A stretch of 64,000 bases of DNA from Candidatus Omnitrophota bacterium (GCA_042570305.1 JBHPGP010000003.1:14507-78506); one strand, 5' to 3'. Positions 34,356 through 46,934 are shown, counted from the first letter of the stretch. Made by a program: numbers and translations. The notes: generated by a model from the letters alone, not told the origin.

Positions 34356-35942
34356 ATGAAAATCCTGGTTAGCGATAAATTATCCGAAGAGGGTTTAAAG
34401 ATTCTAAGGGATATAAAAGAATTCGAGGTCGATGTAAACACCGGGCTCAAGCCGGAGGAATTAAAGAAGATTATCAAGGATTACGATGCCCTCATTGTCA
34501 GGAGCTCGACCAAGGTAACCAGGGAGATTATTGAGGCAGCCAGGAACCTGCGCATTATCGGAAGGGCAGGAGTGGGTTTGGATAACGTGGATTTATCCGC
34601 GGCAACCGAAAAGGGGATTGTGGTAATGAATGCGCCTGCCGGCAATACAATCTCTACCTGTGAGCATACCATGAGCATGCTGCTTGCCCTTGCGCGCAAT
34701 ATCCCGCAAGCAAGCGCCTCGCTAAAAAAGGGCGAATGGAAGCGCTCCAAATTCATGGGAATCGAGCTCTATAAAAAAACCTTAGGGATTATCGGACTGG
34801 GCAGGATTGGCGCAGAGGTAGCCAAGCGCGCACTTTCCTTTGGCATGAAGGTGATTGCCTTTGACCCGTATCTTTCCAGAGAGGTAGGAAAAGGCTTAGG
34901 CATAGAGATGGTAGAGCTTCCGGACTTGCTTGCGAATTCAGATTTTATTACGATGCATACTCCGCTTACCGAAAGTACCCGACACATGATTTCTGATAAG
35001 GAATTCGCCTTAATGAAGCAGGGCATCTGGATTATCAATTGCGCGCGCGGAGGGATTGTCGACGAAAAGGCGTTGGTTGAGGCGATCAAACAGGGCAAGG
35101 TTGCCTGCGCAAGCCTTGATGTCTATGAGCAGGAGCCCCTTCCTCCAGATTCTGAACTCTTAAAATTGGATAATGTGATTGCCACGCCGCATCTGGGCGC
35201 TTCTACCGAAGAGGCGCAGGTCAATGTGGCTATCGAGATTGCAGAGTGTATCCGCGATTATCTCCTCGGAAAGGGCATACACAATGCGGTCAATTACCCG
35301 CAGATAGAACCCGAGGTCTATAAGATTCTCGCTCCTTATATAAACCTGGCCGAGAGGTTGGGTAATTTCAGCAGCCAGCTGGTTGAGGGAAGGCCCAAGG
35401 TAGTCTCTATTCAGTACAGCGGAGAAATAGCCGGGCAGGATATTGCCCCGATAACCATGGCCTTAATCAAAGGCTTCCTTACCCCCATACTGGAGGAGAC
35501 GGTAAATTTTGTCAACGCCTGTTCCCTGGCCGAGTCAAGGGGTATTAAGATTAAGCAGACAAAATTATCTTCTGAGGAGGAATTTGTCAATTTAATCTCG
35601 GTAAAAATCGATACGGATAAAGCAAGCTGGAAGATTTCGGCAACCCTTTCGCCTAACCGCCAGCCGCGCATCGTCAAGATAGATGATTTTTATGTTGAGA
35701 TTTCTCCTTACGGCTGCCTGATTATCATCAAGAATCTGGATAAGCCCGGGATAATCGGTAATCTGGGGACACTCTTAGGCAAACACAGTATCAACATCGC
35801 AAGCATGACCTTTGGGCGCAAGGAGCCGGGCGGAGAGGCAGTCAGCGTGTTGAATGTGGACAGCTGCCCCTCTTCTGATTTACTGGAGAAGATAAAAGAA
35901 ATCAAAAATATACTCACGGTCAAATTGATTAAATTAAAATGA
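34356..35942 (+). CDS. serA: D-3-phosphoglycerate dehydrogenase (long form with ASB and ACT domains)
   Basis: 528 aa with the NAD-binding GIIGLGRIGAEVA, catalytic R/E/H contexts and a C-terminal ACT domain. Confidence 0.92.
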   Translation: MKILVSDKLSEEGLKILRDIKEFEVDVNTGLKPEELKKIIKDYDALIVRSSTKVTREIIEAARNLRIIGRAGVGLDNVDLSAATEKGIVVMNAPAGNTISTCEHTMSMLLALARNIPQASASLKKGEWKRSKFMGIELYKKTLGIIGLGRIGAEVAKRALSFGMKVIAFDPYLSREVGKGLGIEMVELPDLLANSDFITMHTPLTESTRHMISDKEFALMKQGIWIINCARGGIVDEKALVEAIKQGKVACASLDVYEQEPLPPDSELLKLDNVIATPHLGASTEEAQVNVAIEIAECIRDYLLGKGIHNAVNYPQIEPEVYKILAPYINLAERLGNFSSQLVEGRPKVVSIQYSGEIAGQDIAPITMALIKGFLTPILEETVNFVNACSLAESRGIKIKQTKLSSEEEFVNLISVKIDTDKASWKISATLSPNRQPRIVKIDDFYVEISPYGCLIIIKNLDKPGIIGNLGTLLGKHSINIASMTFGRKEPGGEAVSVLNVDSCPSSDLLEKIKEIKNILTVKLIKLK

Positions 35943-35953
35943 AAGGGTGAGCT

Positions 35954-38507
<2,554 letters not shown>

Positions 38508-38592
38508 AATAGAGCTGTTCGGTTTATCCCGTTTAGGGATAGCCGAGAGGGAAGGGATACTGTTTTTAAATTGTAAGTGATGTGTAAAATAT

Positions 38593-38648
38593 GAACACAC
38601 AGATTAAGAAGAATCTGTGTGTTCAGGCATAAGCGATGGATTATGCCT
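38593..38648 (+). terminator. Two back-to-back perfect hairpins downstream of purA (candidate terminator/processing or regulatory site)
   Basis: The first hairpin is GAACACACAGATT-aagaag-AATCTGTGTGTTC (13-bp stem, 38593-38624). It is followed directly by AGGCATAA-gcgatgga-TTATGCCT (8-bp stem, 38625-38648). No clear U-tract follows. Confidence 0.4.
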
Positions 38649-38674
38649 GAAGAGATTATACCAGGAGGTATAAA

Positions 38675-39346
38675 ATGAACAGGGTAGCGATTTGGTTCGT
38701 AGCTTTTTTTCTAATCATCAGTTTCTCAGGCTGTACCTTTGTCCTGCAAAAGGGAAGGCATTCTGATATCGAAAAAATCCAGAACTTATCCCAGAAGCTG
38801 GATGAGCTTGAGCAGGCCAGATTATTGCTTGAGCAGAGCCTCAAGCAAGAGATAGCCGATAAGCAGGTCCGTCTGGAAAGGGCGCAAAAGGGCCTGGTAA
38901 TAACCTTTGTGGCAGATGTTTTATTTGACTCTGGAAAGGCCAAAATCAAATCGGGAGTTTACCCTAGCCTGGATAAGGTTGCCGCAATTTTAAACAATAA
39001 TGTCCCTGACCATGATATCGGTATCGAAGGGCACACCGACAACGAGCCGATTAAATATTCCGGCTGGAAGTCGAATTGGGAGCTTTCCACTGCGCGCGCC
39101 TTGAGTGTATTGCATTATTTGGTTGACGAAAGAGGGATTGCCCCGATACGCGTCTCTGCAATAGGTTACGGCGAATATCGTCCGATAGCCTCCAACAGTG
39201 CTAAAGATGGACGCCAGGCAAACCGCCGCGTTGAGATTGTGATTTTGCCCAATATATCCAAAGTTACAGGGCTTCCCGGAGAGGAGCCTGAAGAACCGCA
39301 AGAGGAAATGGAGTTTAGCCAGGAGCCTGCGGGGGTAATGAAATAA
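38675..39346 (+). CDS. OmpA/MotB-like peptidoglycan-binding lipoprotein with coiled-coil linker
   Basis: 223 aa with a signal peptide and lipobox (ISFSGC). The OmpA_C-like core is FDSGKAKI...GHTDN...NWELSTARA...NRRVEIVI. Confidence 0.8.
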   Translation: MNRVAIWFVAFFLIISFSGCTFVLQKGRHSDIEKIQNLSQKLDELEQARLLLEQSLKQEIADKQVRLERAQKGLVITFVADVLFDSGKAKIKSGVYPSLDKVAAILNNNVPDHDIGIEGHTDNEPIKYSGWKSNWELSTARALSVLHYLVDERGIAPIRVSAIGYGEYRPIASNSAKDGRQANRRVEIVILPNISKVTGLPGEEPEEPQEEMEFSQEPAGVMK

Positions 39347-39369
39347 GTATTTTTGGAACGGAGGCAGCC

Positions 39370-40353
39370 ATGCCAAGAATCCTGCGCAGAAAAAAAGATA
39401 AATTAAAGGTAGTCGAAAAAGGCAAGCCGCGGAAGCAGAAACCGGTTATTGCCAGGCGCCAGGCTGCGGCAAAACAGATTCCGATTGAGCTTGCGGTTGG
39501 CACGGCCAAGTTTTATTCACCCCCTCCTCCGTCAAGGCCTGAGGGGCAAAGAGCGCCGCTGCCAGCTCCGGTTGATTTACCTGCAGGATATGCGCAGGAC
39601 AGGATTGTCTTGCAGGTGCGCGATCCCTGGTGGATTCATGCATATTGGGAGATTACCGAGTCCGCCTGGGAGAGGGTGCGGCATGATTTTCCTTCAGAGT
39701 TCGCACGCGGGTTTAGGAGAGTTCTGCGGGTGTATGATGTCAGCAACATCATTTTTAACGGCGATAATGCGCACCGTTTTTTTGATATCGAAATTACCCA
39801 GGAGGCGAAAAACTGGTATATCGATACTCAAGGCCCGGGCCGCTCCTGGTGCGTAGATTTCGGCATACAATTTTCAGACGGCAGGTTTATCACTATAGTT
39901 CGTTCCAATGCGGTCTCAACACCGCTTGCCGGACCTTCCTGGATTACCGACGAAGAGTGGATGATTCCCGAAGATATGTTTACCCGGCTTTATGGGATGG
40001 GTGTAGGCATGGGCAGTTCTCCGGTCGGATTAAAGAGGCTCTGGGAAGAGAGGTTAAGAAACGAGGTCGGTTCCGGTGCCTTATCGTCTTTATCCAGCCC
40101 CGTGAAAATAAAACAGGAAAGGCAGCAGGGATTCTGGTTAAAGGTGAATACAGAATTGATTGTTTACGGACAGACTGAAGCCGACGCAAAGGTGACTGTT
40201 GGGGGCAGGGCCGTAACCTTAAGGCCAGACGGAAGCTTCTGTTTGCGTTTCTTCCTTCCTGACGGCAAGCAAGTCATACCGGTTGTAGCAACTTCCTCGG
40301 ACGGCGAGCAAATAAGAAAAATTATTCCCATTGTAACCAAAGAAACCAAATGA
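39370..40353 (+). CDS. DUF4912 domain-containing protein (basic N-terminus)
   Basis: 327 aa. The DRIVLQVRDPWWIHAYWEI signature is typical of DUF4912. Its position upstream of a GH57 gene is a synteny seen elsewhere. Confidence 0.6.
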   Translation: MPRILRRKKDKLKVVEKGKPRKQKPVIARRQAAAKQIPIELAVGTAKFYSPPPPSRPEGQRAPLPAPVDLPAGYAQDRIVLQVRDPWWIHAYWEITESAWERVRHDFPSEFARGFRRVLRVYDVSNIIFNGDNAHRFFDIEITQEAKNWYIDTQGPGRSWCVDFGIQFSDGRFITIVRSNAVSTPLAGPSWITDEEWMIPEDMFTRLYGMGVGMGSSPVGLKRLWEERLRNEVGSGALSSLSSPVKIKQERQQGFWLKVNTELIVYGQTEADAKVTVGGRAVTLRPDGSFCLRFFLPDGKQVIPVVATSSDGEQIRKIIPIVTKETK

Positions 40354-40432
40354 GCGCTTAGGTTCCCGCCGCAGAATATAATCGCGCTCTTTAAGCGGGG
40401 TGAACCCTGAGCTTATATGACCTCTACTAAAA

Positions 40433-42055
40433 ATGAATAAAGGATATCTTTGTCTTGTTTTGCACGGTCACCTGCCCTTTGTGCGCCACCCGGAGCACGA
40501 GGATTTTCTCGAAGAGAGCTGGTTGTATGAGGCAATCACCGAGACTTATATCCCCATGATTTTAGTTTTTGAAGGTCTGCTGCGTGATAAGGTGGATTTC
40601 CGCCTGACGCTTTCATTAAGCCCGCCCCTGTTAAACATGCTTTCCGACGGCCTGCTGCAGCAAAGATATCTGCGGCATATAAACAAGCTTATTGAACTTG
40701 CCCAGAAAGAGACAGAGCGCACACGCTGGCAGCCTGAATTCAATCGCCTCAGTTTCATGTATCTCGATTATTATTCTAAGGCGCGCAGCGTGTTTGAGCG
40801 TTACCAGAGAAATCTGAATTTAGCCTTTAAGAGTTTCCAGGATTCCGGAAACCTGGAGATAATTACCTGCGGAGCTACTCACGGTCTTTTCACCCTCATG
40901 GAAACGACAAAGCCTTCGGTACGGGCACAGGTCGAGGTCGCGACAGATTATTACCGGCGTACTTTCTCCTCTCAGCCAAAAGGGCTATGGCTGCCGGAAT
41001 GCGGTTTTAATCCCGGCGATGACCGGATACTCAAAGATTCCGGCATCAATTATTTCTTTACAGACGCACAGAGCATTCTGCACGGAAGCCCAAGGCCGAA
41101 ATACGGCGTATTCGCCCCGGTTTACTGCAGGTCAGGAGTAGCCTGTTTCGGAAGGGACCTGGAATCTTCAAAGCAGGTTTGGTCATCGATAGAGGGATAC
41201 CCCGGAGATTATTACTATCGCGAATTCTACCGCGATATAGGCTTTGATTTGGACTATGATTATTTAAGAAGCTATATCCATCCCGACGGTCACAGGATTA
41301 ATACCGGCATCAAATACTACAGGATTACCGGGCAAACCACGGATAAGCAGCCTTATCTGCCGCAAGAGGCGCGCAATAAAGCCGCTGAACACGCCGGTAA
41401 TTTTATATTTAACCGGCAAAAGCAGATAGAGTATCTTTATGATCTTATGGGCAAGAAACCGGTTATTGTTTCTCCCTATGACGCGGAGCTGTACGGGCAT
41501 TGGTGGTTTGAGGGACCTCAGTGGCTGGATTTCCTGATTCGTAAAATTTATTTTGACCAGGATATTATCCGCCTGGTTACCGCATCGGATTATTTGAAGG
41601 AGAACCCCCGCAATCAGGCAATTACTCCTTCCATGTCTACCTGGGGATGGAAGGGATATAATGAGGTATGGCTTCAAGGTTCTAACGACTGGATATACCC
41701 GCATTTACATATTGCCTCCCAACGCATGAGCGAACTGGTCCAGAGACTCCCGGATACCTCTGGTATCTTGAGAAGGGCATTGAATCAACTCTTGCGCGAA
41801 TTACTTCTTGCCCAGAGTTCGGATTGGGCGTTTATTCTGGCTATGGGTACGCATACCAGCTATGCAGCGCAAAGGACAAAAGAACATCTTTTAAGGTTCA
41901 TTCGCCTCTACGAGAGTATTAAATCCGACTCCATTGACGAGGCCTGGCTTGCGGATATCGAAAACAGAGACAATATTTTCCCGGATATAGATTACAGGGT
42001 TCACTCAGAGTATGGCAGTCCGGAATTAACCCGGTTCCAAGCCAAATTTTCCTAA
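40433..42055 (+). CDS. GH57 family alpha-glucan branching enzyme-like protein (GH57 + DUF1957)
   Basis: 540 aa with the N-terminal LVLHGHLPFVRHPE motif, the WLPECG catalytic-region motif and SDWAF in the C-terminal helical domain. Confidence 0.82.
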   Translation: MNKGYLCLVLHGHLPFVRHPEHEDFLEESWLYEAITETYIPMILVFEGLLRDKVDFRLTLSLSPPLLNMLSDGLLQQRYLRHINKLIELAQKETERTRWQPEFNRLSFMYLDYYSKARSVFERYQRNLNLAFKSFQDSGNLEIITCGATHGLFTLMETTKPSVRAQVEVATDYYRRTFSSQPKGLWLPECGFNPGDDRILKDSGINYFFTDAQSILHGSPRPKYGVFAPVYCRSGVACFGRDLESSKQVWSSIEGYPGDYYYREFYRDIGFDLDYDYLRSYIHPDGHRINTGIKYYRITGQTTDKQPYLPQEARNKAAEHAGNFIFNRQKQIEYLYDLMGKKPVIVSPYDAELYGHWWFEGPQWLDFLIRKIYFDQDIIRLVTASDYLKENPRNQAITPSMSTWGWKGYNEVWLQGSNDWIYPHLHIASQRMSELVQRLPDTSGILRRALNQLLRELLLAQSSDWAFILAMGTHTSYAAQRTKEHLLRFIRLYESIKSDSIDEAWLADIENRDNIFPDIDYRVHSEYGSPELTRFQAKFS

Positions 42056-42087
42056 TTCCCGCTTAATTTTTATCGCAGGAGACAGTT

Positions 42088-42798
42088 ATGTCAAAAGAGC
42101 AGAATATGCCTAGGCATATCGCGATAATTATGGATGGAAACGGCCGCTGGGCGAGGCAGCGCATGCTTCCCCGCAGCGCCGGACACCGTGCGGGCATCCA
42201 GCGGGTCAGGGAGATTGTCAGGAGCGCTTTAAAATTAGGCGTTAAGGTGCTTACGCTTTTTGCATTCTCTACGGAGAATTGGAAGAGACCGAAGAAAGAG
42301 ATAGATATGCTGATGCGCAATTTCGCAAACTTTCTGGATAAAGAAATGGGAGAATTAAAAAGGAATAATATCCGTTTACGTGTCATTGGCAGGGATGAGC
42401 CTCTGCCAGAGGATTTGATTTCCAAGGTCAGGCAGGCAGAGGGGGAAACTGCCAGCAATAGCGCAATGACTTTAGTCTTGGCAATAAATTACGGCGGCAG
42501 GCAAGAGATTGTCGATGCGGCAGCGGGATTCTGCAGGTCTCTTAAGGCAGGGGATTATAACCTTAGCCAGCTGAACGAGGAAACCCTTTCCCGTTTTCTT
42601 TATGCCCCTGATTTACCTGCCCCTGACCTTTTGATCCGTACCAGCGGAGAGGAGCGGTTGAGCAATTTCCTGCTTTGGCAGCTGGCTTATTCAGAGCTGT
42701 ATTTTGTCCAAAAGCATTGGCCTGATTTCACCGAGAAAGACCTGCTTATGGCAATCGCAGAATTCAAGAAAAGGCAAAGAAGGTTCGGCCGACTATGA
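42088..42798 (+). CDS. uppS: Undecaprenyl diphosphate synthase
   Basis: 236 aa with HIAIIMDGNGRWA, FSTENWKRP and RTSGEERLSNFLLWQ motifs. Confidence 0.95.
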   Translation: MSKEQNMPRHIAIIMDGNGRWARQRMLPRSAGHRAGIQRVREIVRSALKLGVKVLTLFAFSTENWKRPKKEIDMLMRNFANFLDKEMGELKRNNIRLRVIGRDEPLPEDLISKVRQAEGETASNSAMTLVLAINYGGRQEIVDAAAGFCRSLKAGDYNLSQLNEETLSRFLYAPDLPAPDLLIRTSGEERLSNFLLWQLAYSELYFVQKHWPDFTEKDLLMAIAEFKKRQRRFGRL

Positions 42799-43595
42799 TA
42801 GTCAAGCGTATATTTACTTCGGTGTTACTGCTGTCCTTTGTTGGTATTGCCATAGCCAATGACTGGCTGACCAGCCCGGTGGTGATAATCTTTTCCCTGG
42901 TCGCCTTAAATGAATTCTTTGCGATGGTCGAAAAGAAGGGGATTGTGATTTTTAAGTATTTCGGTTTAGCCGTAGGGCTGGTGATTCTCCTGTCTCTTAG
43001 CTTACGCTTTGAGCTGACCCGTGGCTGGGAGCTTTTGTCGATTACCCTGGCGCTTTTGTTCCTGATCTTGCTTCAATTCAAGCGGCGCGCAACCAGCGGG
43101 GTGGTTATCGGTTTATCCACTACCATATTCGGCATTCTCTATATTCCCTGGTTTATGGGATTTCTGATTAAGATAAGATATTTAGATTATGGCGCGGGCA
43201 TGTTGGCAAGTGTAGTCTGGATTACCAAGGTCGGAGATATAGGCGCTTATCTTCTGGGCAGCCGGTTTGGTCGGCATGCCTTGATATCCCGCATTAGTCC
43301 GAATAAAACCAGAGAGGGTTTTGTCGGAGGAATTCTCTTTAGTTTGCTAGCTGCTTTAGGCACTAAATTTATTATGCCTCAAGGATATGGTTATCTGCAT
43401 CTTGTGATTCTCGGCATATTCCTGGGGCTCCTGGGGCAGTTTGGCGACTTATCAGAATCTTTAATGAAGCGCGACTGCGAGATTAAGGATTCAGGAGCAA
43501 TCTTCCCCGGCCTGGGAGGAATGCTTGATTGCCTGGACAGTCTTTTATTTACTGCCCCGGTGTTTTATTTCTGGGTTTTACATTTCGGTTCTTGA
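42795..43595 (+). CDS. cdsA: Phosphatidate cytidylyltransferase
   Basis: 266 aa, polytopic, with the C-terminal CTP-transferase signature SLMKRDCEIKDSGAIFPGLGGMLD. Confidence 0.88.
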   Translation: MIVKRIFTSVLLLSFVGIAIANDWLTSPVVIIFSLVALNEFFAMVEKKGIVIFKYFGLAVGLVILLSLSLRFELTRGWELLSITLALLFLILLQFKRRATSGVVIGLSTTIFGILYIPWFMGFLIKIRYLDYGAGMLASVVWITKVGDIGAYLLGSRFGRHALISRISPNKTREGFVGGILFSLLAALGTKFIMPQGYGYLHLVILGIFLGLLGQFGDLSESLMKRDCEIKDSGAIFPGLGGMLDCLDSLLFTAPVFYFWVLHFGS

Positions 43596-43596
43596 A

Positions 43597-44745
43597 ATGA
43601 GGCGCATAGCTATATTAGGCTCAACCGGTTCTATAGGTCAAAATGCCCTGAGGGTTATTTCAGGACTTGGCAGGGGCTTGCGGGTCGTGGCATTGAGCGC
43701 TTATTCAGATTCTGCCTGTCTGCTTAGGCAAGCAAGGAGGTTTCGTCCAGAGTATGTTTGCCTGGTTGATGAATCAGCCGCCAGGAAAGCAAGGCAAGGG
43801 TTAGCCTCTTCTTATAAAGTGTTTAGCGGACAAAGTGGTCTGGAGGATTTAATCCAGGCAAGCAATGCCGATACGGTAGTTATGGCAATCTCCGGGAGTA
43901 AAGCGCTGGTGCCGTTGATTAAGGCGATTAAATGCAAAAAGACTATTATTCTGGCTAATAAGGAGTCTCTGGTTATTGCAGGTTCCATAATCATGCAGCT
44001 TGCCAGGAGGCACGGGGTTTCGATCCTGCCCGTAGACAGCGAACAATCGGCGATATGGCAGTGCCTTGAAGGCAGAGAGAAGGCGCAAATCAGGAGGGTT
44101 TATCTTACTGCCTCCGGAGGTCCGTTTAGAAACTATAATTCCAGGCAGATGAGCAGGATAACCATAAAAGAGGTACTTGCTCATCCCCGCTGGCGCATGG
44201 GCAGGAGGATTACCGTAGATTCAGGGACCCTGATGAATAAGGGCCTGGAGATTATTGAGGCAATGTGGCTCTTTGATTTAGAACTGGACCAGATAGAGGT
44301 AGTCATTCATCCGGAAGCCATAATACATTCAATGGTTGAGTTTCTGGACGGGATTATTTTGGCGCAGCTTTCCATTACCGATATGCGCATACCCATACAA
44401 TATGCGCTTACTTATCCCGGGCGCCTGGAAAACAAACTTAAGCCACTGGATTTTTTTAAATTAAAAAAATTGAATTTTCATAAGCCGGATAGGAAAAAAT
44501 TTCCCTGCTTGGGGCTGGCCATCGAGGCAGCAGCAGAGGGAGGGTCTTTGCCTTGCGTGTTAAACGCTGCCGATGAGGTAGCCACAGAGGCATTTTTAAA
44601 CAGGCGCATCAAGTTTGTAGAGATACCCCGGATAATTAAGCGGGTAATCGTCCGCCACAGGAAGATCGGCAATCCCGACCTGGAAACAATACTCGCTTGC
44701 GATTCCTGGGCAAGGTCCGAGGCAAAAAGGATAATTAAAAATTAA
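43597..44745 (+). CDS. dxr: 1-deoxy-D-xylulose 5-phosphate reductoisomerase
   Basis: The start is moved to ATG 43597 (MRRIAILGSTGSIG), just after the cdsA stop. The LANKESLV and NKGLE motifs are present. Confidence 0.93.
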   Translation: MRRIAILGSTGSIGQNALRVISGLGRGLRVVALSAYSDSACLLRQARRFRPEYVCLVDESAARKARQGLASSYKVFSGQSGLEDLIQASNADTVVMAISGSKALVPLIKAIKCKKTIILANKESLVIAGSIIMQLARRHGVSILPVDSEQSAIWQCLEGREKAQIRRVYLTASGGPFRNYNSRQMSRITIKEVLAHPRWRMGRRITVDSGTLMNKGLEIIEAMWLFDLELDQIEVVIHPEAIIHSMVEFLDGIILAQLSITDMRIPIQYALTYPGRLENKLKPLDFFKLKKLNFHKPDRKKFPCLGLAIEAAAEGGSLPCVLNAADEVATEAFLNRRIKFVEIPRIIKRVIVRHRKIGNPDLETILACDSWARSEAKRIIKN

Positions 44746-45828
44746 ATGTCGCTGATTATTTTCATACTTGTTCTGAGTCTGCTTATTCTGGTACATGAGC
44801 TCGGACATTTTATAGCTGCCAAAAAGATGGGCGTGCGGGTTGAGCAGTTCTCTTTGGGTTTTGGCCCACAAATCCTAAGCCACAAGATTAAAGGCACGCG
44901 GTACCTGATTTGCGCCATACCTTTGGGCGGTTACGTGAAGCTGGCCGGGGATACCCCGGAGGAGTTTCAGGGAAGGCCGGATGAATATCTCGCCAAGTCT
45001 GCAGGGCAGAGGGCGGCGATAGTGTTCTTTGGCCCGTTGTTAAATTATGTTTTGGCATTTTTTTGCTTTTGGTTAATCTTTTTTGCCGGCGTCCCTGATT
45101 TAGCCTGCCGCGTAGGAGAGCTGCTTGACAATTTTGGCGCAAAAGAGGCAGGCGTCAGTATAGGCGATAAGATCCTTGCGGTAGATGATAGTCAGGTAGA
45201 GGTCTGGCAGGACTTGCAGGGGATTATTAGCAAAAAGGTCGAGGGGGATATTGTTCAGCTTCTGCTTTTAAGAGATAATCAGGAGCTTGAGGTTGCCGTA
45301 CGGGTAAAGCAGGAAAGAATGGAGACTATTTGGGGCCAGACAAAAACCGTTGGACTGATCGGAATTTCACCGGCAGAAGAATTTATCAATGTAAAATACG
45401 GATTTGCCGGTTCATTTTTTGCCGCAGGCAAGAGGTTATTTTTCCTGAGTGGGCTTACCCTCAAATCGCTGTTCTGGATGGTATTTGGCAGGATGTCTTT
45501 GCGTGATTCCGTGACCGGCCCCTTAGGGATATTCTACATTACCCAGGAGGCGGCTAATTTGGGCATTATCCCACTTATCCAGGTGGTTGCGATCATCAGT
45601 ATGAGTCTTGCTATTTTTAACCTGTTGCCTTTACCCGTATTAGACGGAGGCCATCTCTTTTTCATCCTCATCGAGAAAATAAGGGGCAGGCGCCTGAGTA
45701 CCCGCACGGAGAAGGTGGTTACCCAGATAGGGATAAGCATCATAGCCTTATTGGTAGTCTTTGTATTCTATAACGATTTAATGAGATACAATATATTCGA
45801 CAAAATATCCCAATGGTGGACAAAATGA
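44746..45828 (+). CDS. rseP: RIP metalloprotease RseP (site-2 protease, M50) with PDZ domain
   Basis: 360 aa with HELGHF, a PDZ segment and NLLPLPVLDGGH. Confidence 0.9.
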   Translation: MSLIIFILVLSLLILVHELGHFIAAKKMGVRVEQFSLGFGPQILSHKIKGTRYLICAIPLGGYVKLAGDTPEEFQGRPDEYLAKSAGQRAAIVFFGPLLNYVLAFFCFWLIFFAGVPDLACRVGELLDNFGAKEAGVSIGDKILAVDDSQVEVWQDLQGIISKKVEGDIVQLLLLRDNQELEVAVRVKQERMETIWGQTKTVGLIGISPAEEFINVKYGFAGSFFAAGKRLFFLSGLTLKSLFWMVFGRMSLRDSVTGPLGIFYITQEAANLGIIPLIQVVAIISMSLAIFNLLPLPVLDGGHLFFILIEKIRGRRLSTRTEKVVTQIGISIIALLVVFVFYNDLMRYNIFDKISQWWTK

Positions 45829-46904
45829 CCATAAGGCGCAGAAGAGCCCGCGTGGTAAAAATAGGCAGCCTGAGTATCGGCGGCAGGAATCCCGTGGCAG
45901 TACAATCCATGGCAAAGACATTCACCTCGGATTTATCCGCTACCGTAAAAGAGATAAAAGGGCTGCAGTCGGCAGGCTGTCAGTTAGTGCGTGTAGCAGT
46001 GAGGGATAACCGCGACGCAGCGAACTTGAAAAGAATAAAACAAAGGATTGCCATCCCCTTGGTGGCAGACATACATTTTGATAAGAATCTGGCAATTAAG
46101 GCAATTGAAAGCGGCGTAGATAAAATCAGGCTCAACCCCGGAAATATTCATAAGCCCTCCCAGGTAAGGGAAATTGCCAGGGCGGCTAAGTCCGCGCGCA
46201 TTCCCATCAGGGTCGGGGTTAACTCAGGTTCGGTAATGAATTATCCGCACATAGCTAAGAGTTACAGTAAGAATCCGGCGCAGTCAATGGCAGGTTGTGC
46301 TTTGGATTATATCAAGTTATTGGAAGGTGCCGGGTTTAAGGACATCGTGGTTTCCCTGAAGGGTTCAGATATTTTCACTACCATCCGGGCAAATCAGATA
46401 GTCGCCGGGCGCTGTGATTACCCATTGCATTTGGGGGTAACCGCAACTGGCGTAAGCCAAAGCGGGATCATCAAGTCGGCAATGGTTATTGGAAGATTGC
46501 TTTGCGAAGGCATTGGTGATACAATAAGAATATCGCTTACTGACCGTGCTGTTTGTGAGGTTAAAGCAGGTTTTTATATTCTGCAGGCATTGGGAATGGG
46601 GAATTGCGCTGCGGAAATTATCAGTTGCCCTACATGCGGCAGGTGCCAGGTTGATTTAATCAAGATTGTGCAAGAATTAGAGAGCAATCTTGGCACCGGA
46701 AGTGTCAAGTCGGCTAATCATACACTGAAGGTCGCAGTGATGGGTTGCGTAGTTAACGGTCCTGGCGAGGCAAGGCAGGCAGACTTGGGAGTTGCCTTTG
46801 GCAAAGATGGGGGATTGCTGTTTAAAAAAGGCAAAGCCATAAGAAAAGTTCCGTTACAAAGGTGCGTAAACACTTTATTGGATGAGTTAAACGTTATTAG
46901 TTAG
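45825..46904 (+). CDS. ispG: 4-hydroxy-3-methylbut-2-en-1-yl diphosphate synthase
   Basis: ATG 45825 gives an ATGA overlap with rseP; ATG 45813 is an alternative. VAVQSM and the cluster cysteines CPTCGRC...GCVVNGPGE are present. Confidence 0.92.
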   Translation: MTIRRRRARVVKIGSLSIGGRNPVAVQSMAKTFTSDLSATVKEIKGLQSAGCQLVRVAVRDNRDAANLKRIKQRIAIPLVADIHFDKNLAIKAIESGVDKIRLNPGNIHKPSQVREIARAAKSARIPIRVGVNSGSVMNYPHIAKSYSKNPAQSMAGCALDYIKLLEGAGFKDIVVSLKGSDIFTTIRANQIVAGRCDYPLHLGVTATGVSQSGIIKSAMVIGRLLCEGIGDTIRISLTDRAVCEVKAGFYILQALGMGNCAAEIISCPTCGRCQVDLIKIVQELESNLGTGSVKSANHTLKVAVMGCVVNGPGEARQADLGVAFGKDGGLLFKKGKAIRKVPLQRCVNTLLDELNVIS

Positions 46905-46934
46905 GAATCGGGAAGAGAGCAGGAGGGGCGGCTC

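Noticed and set aside
39449-40178. Two + strand ORFs (135 aa and 109 aa) in alternative frames of the DUF4912 gene
   Set aside because: They are Arg/Cys-rich translations typical of off-frame reading of a GC-rich gene. The main frame carries the conserved DUF4912 signature. There is nothing to support overlapping genes.
40356-40412. Imperfect long hairpin after the DUF4912 gene, enclosing a TATAAT hexamer (40377-40382)
   Set aside because: The stem needs two bulges, one mismatch and a G-U pair. No -35 element lies at the correct spacing. This is too weak to call either a terminator or a promoter.
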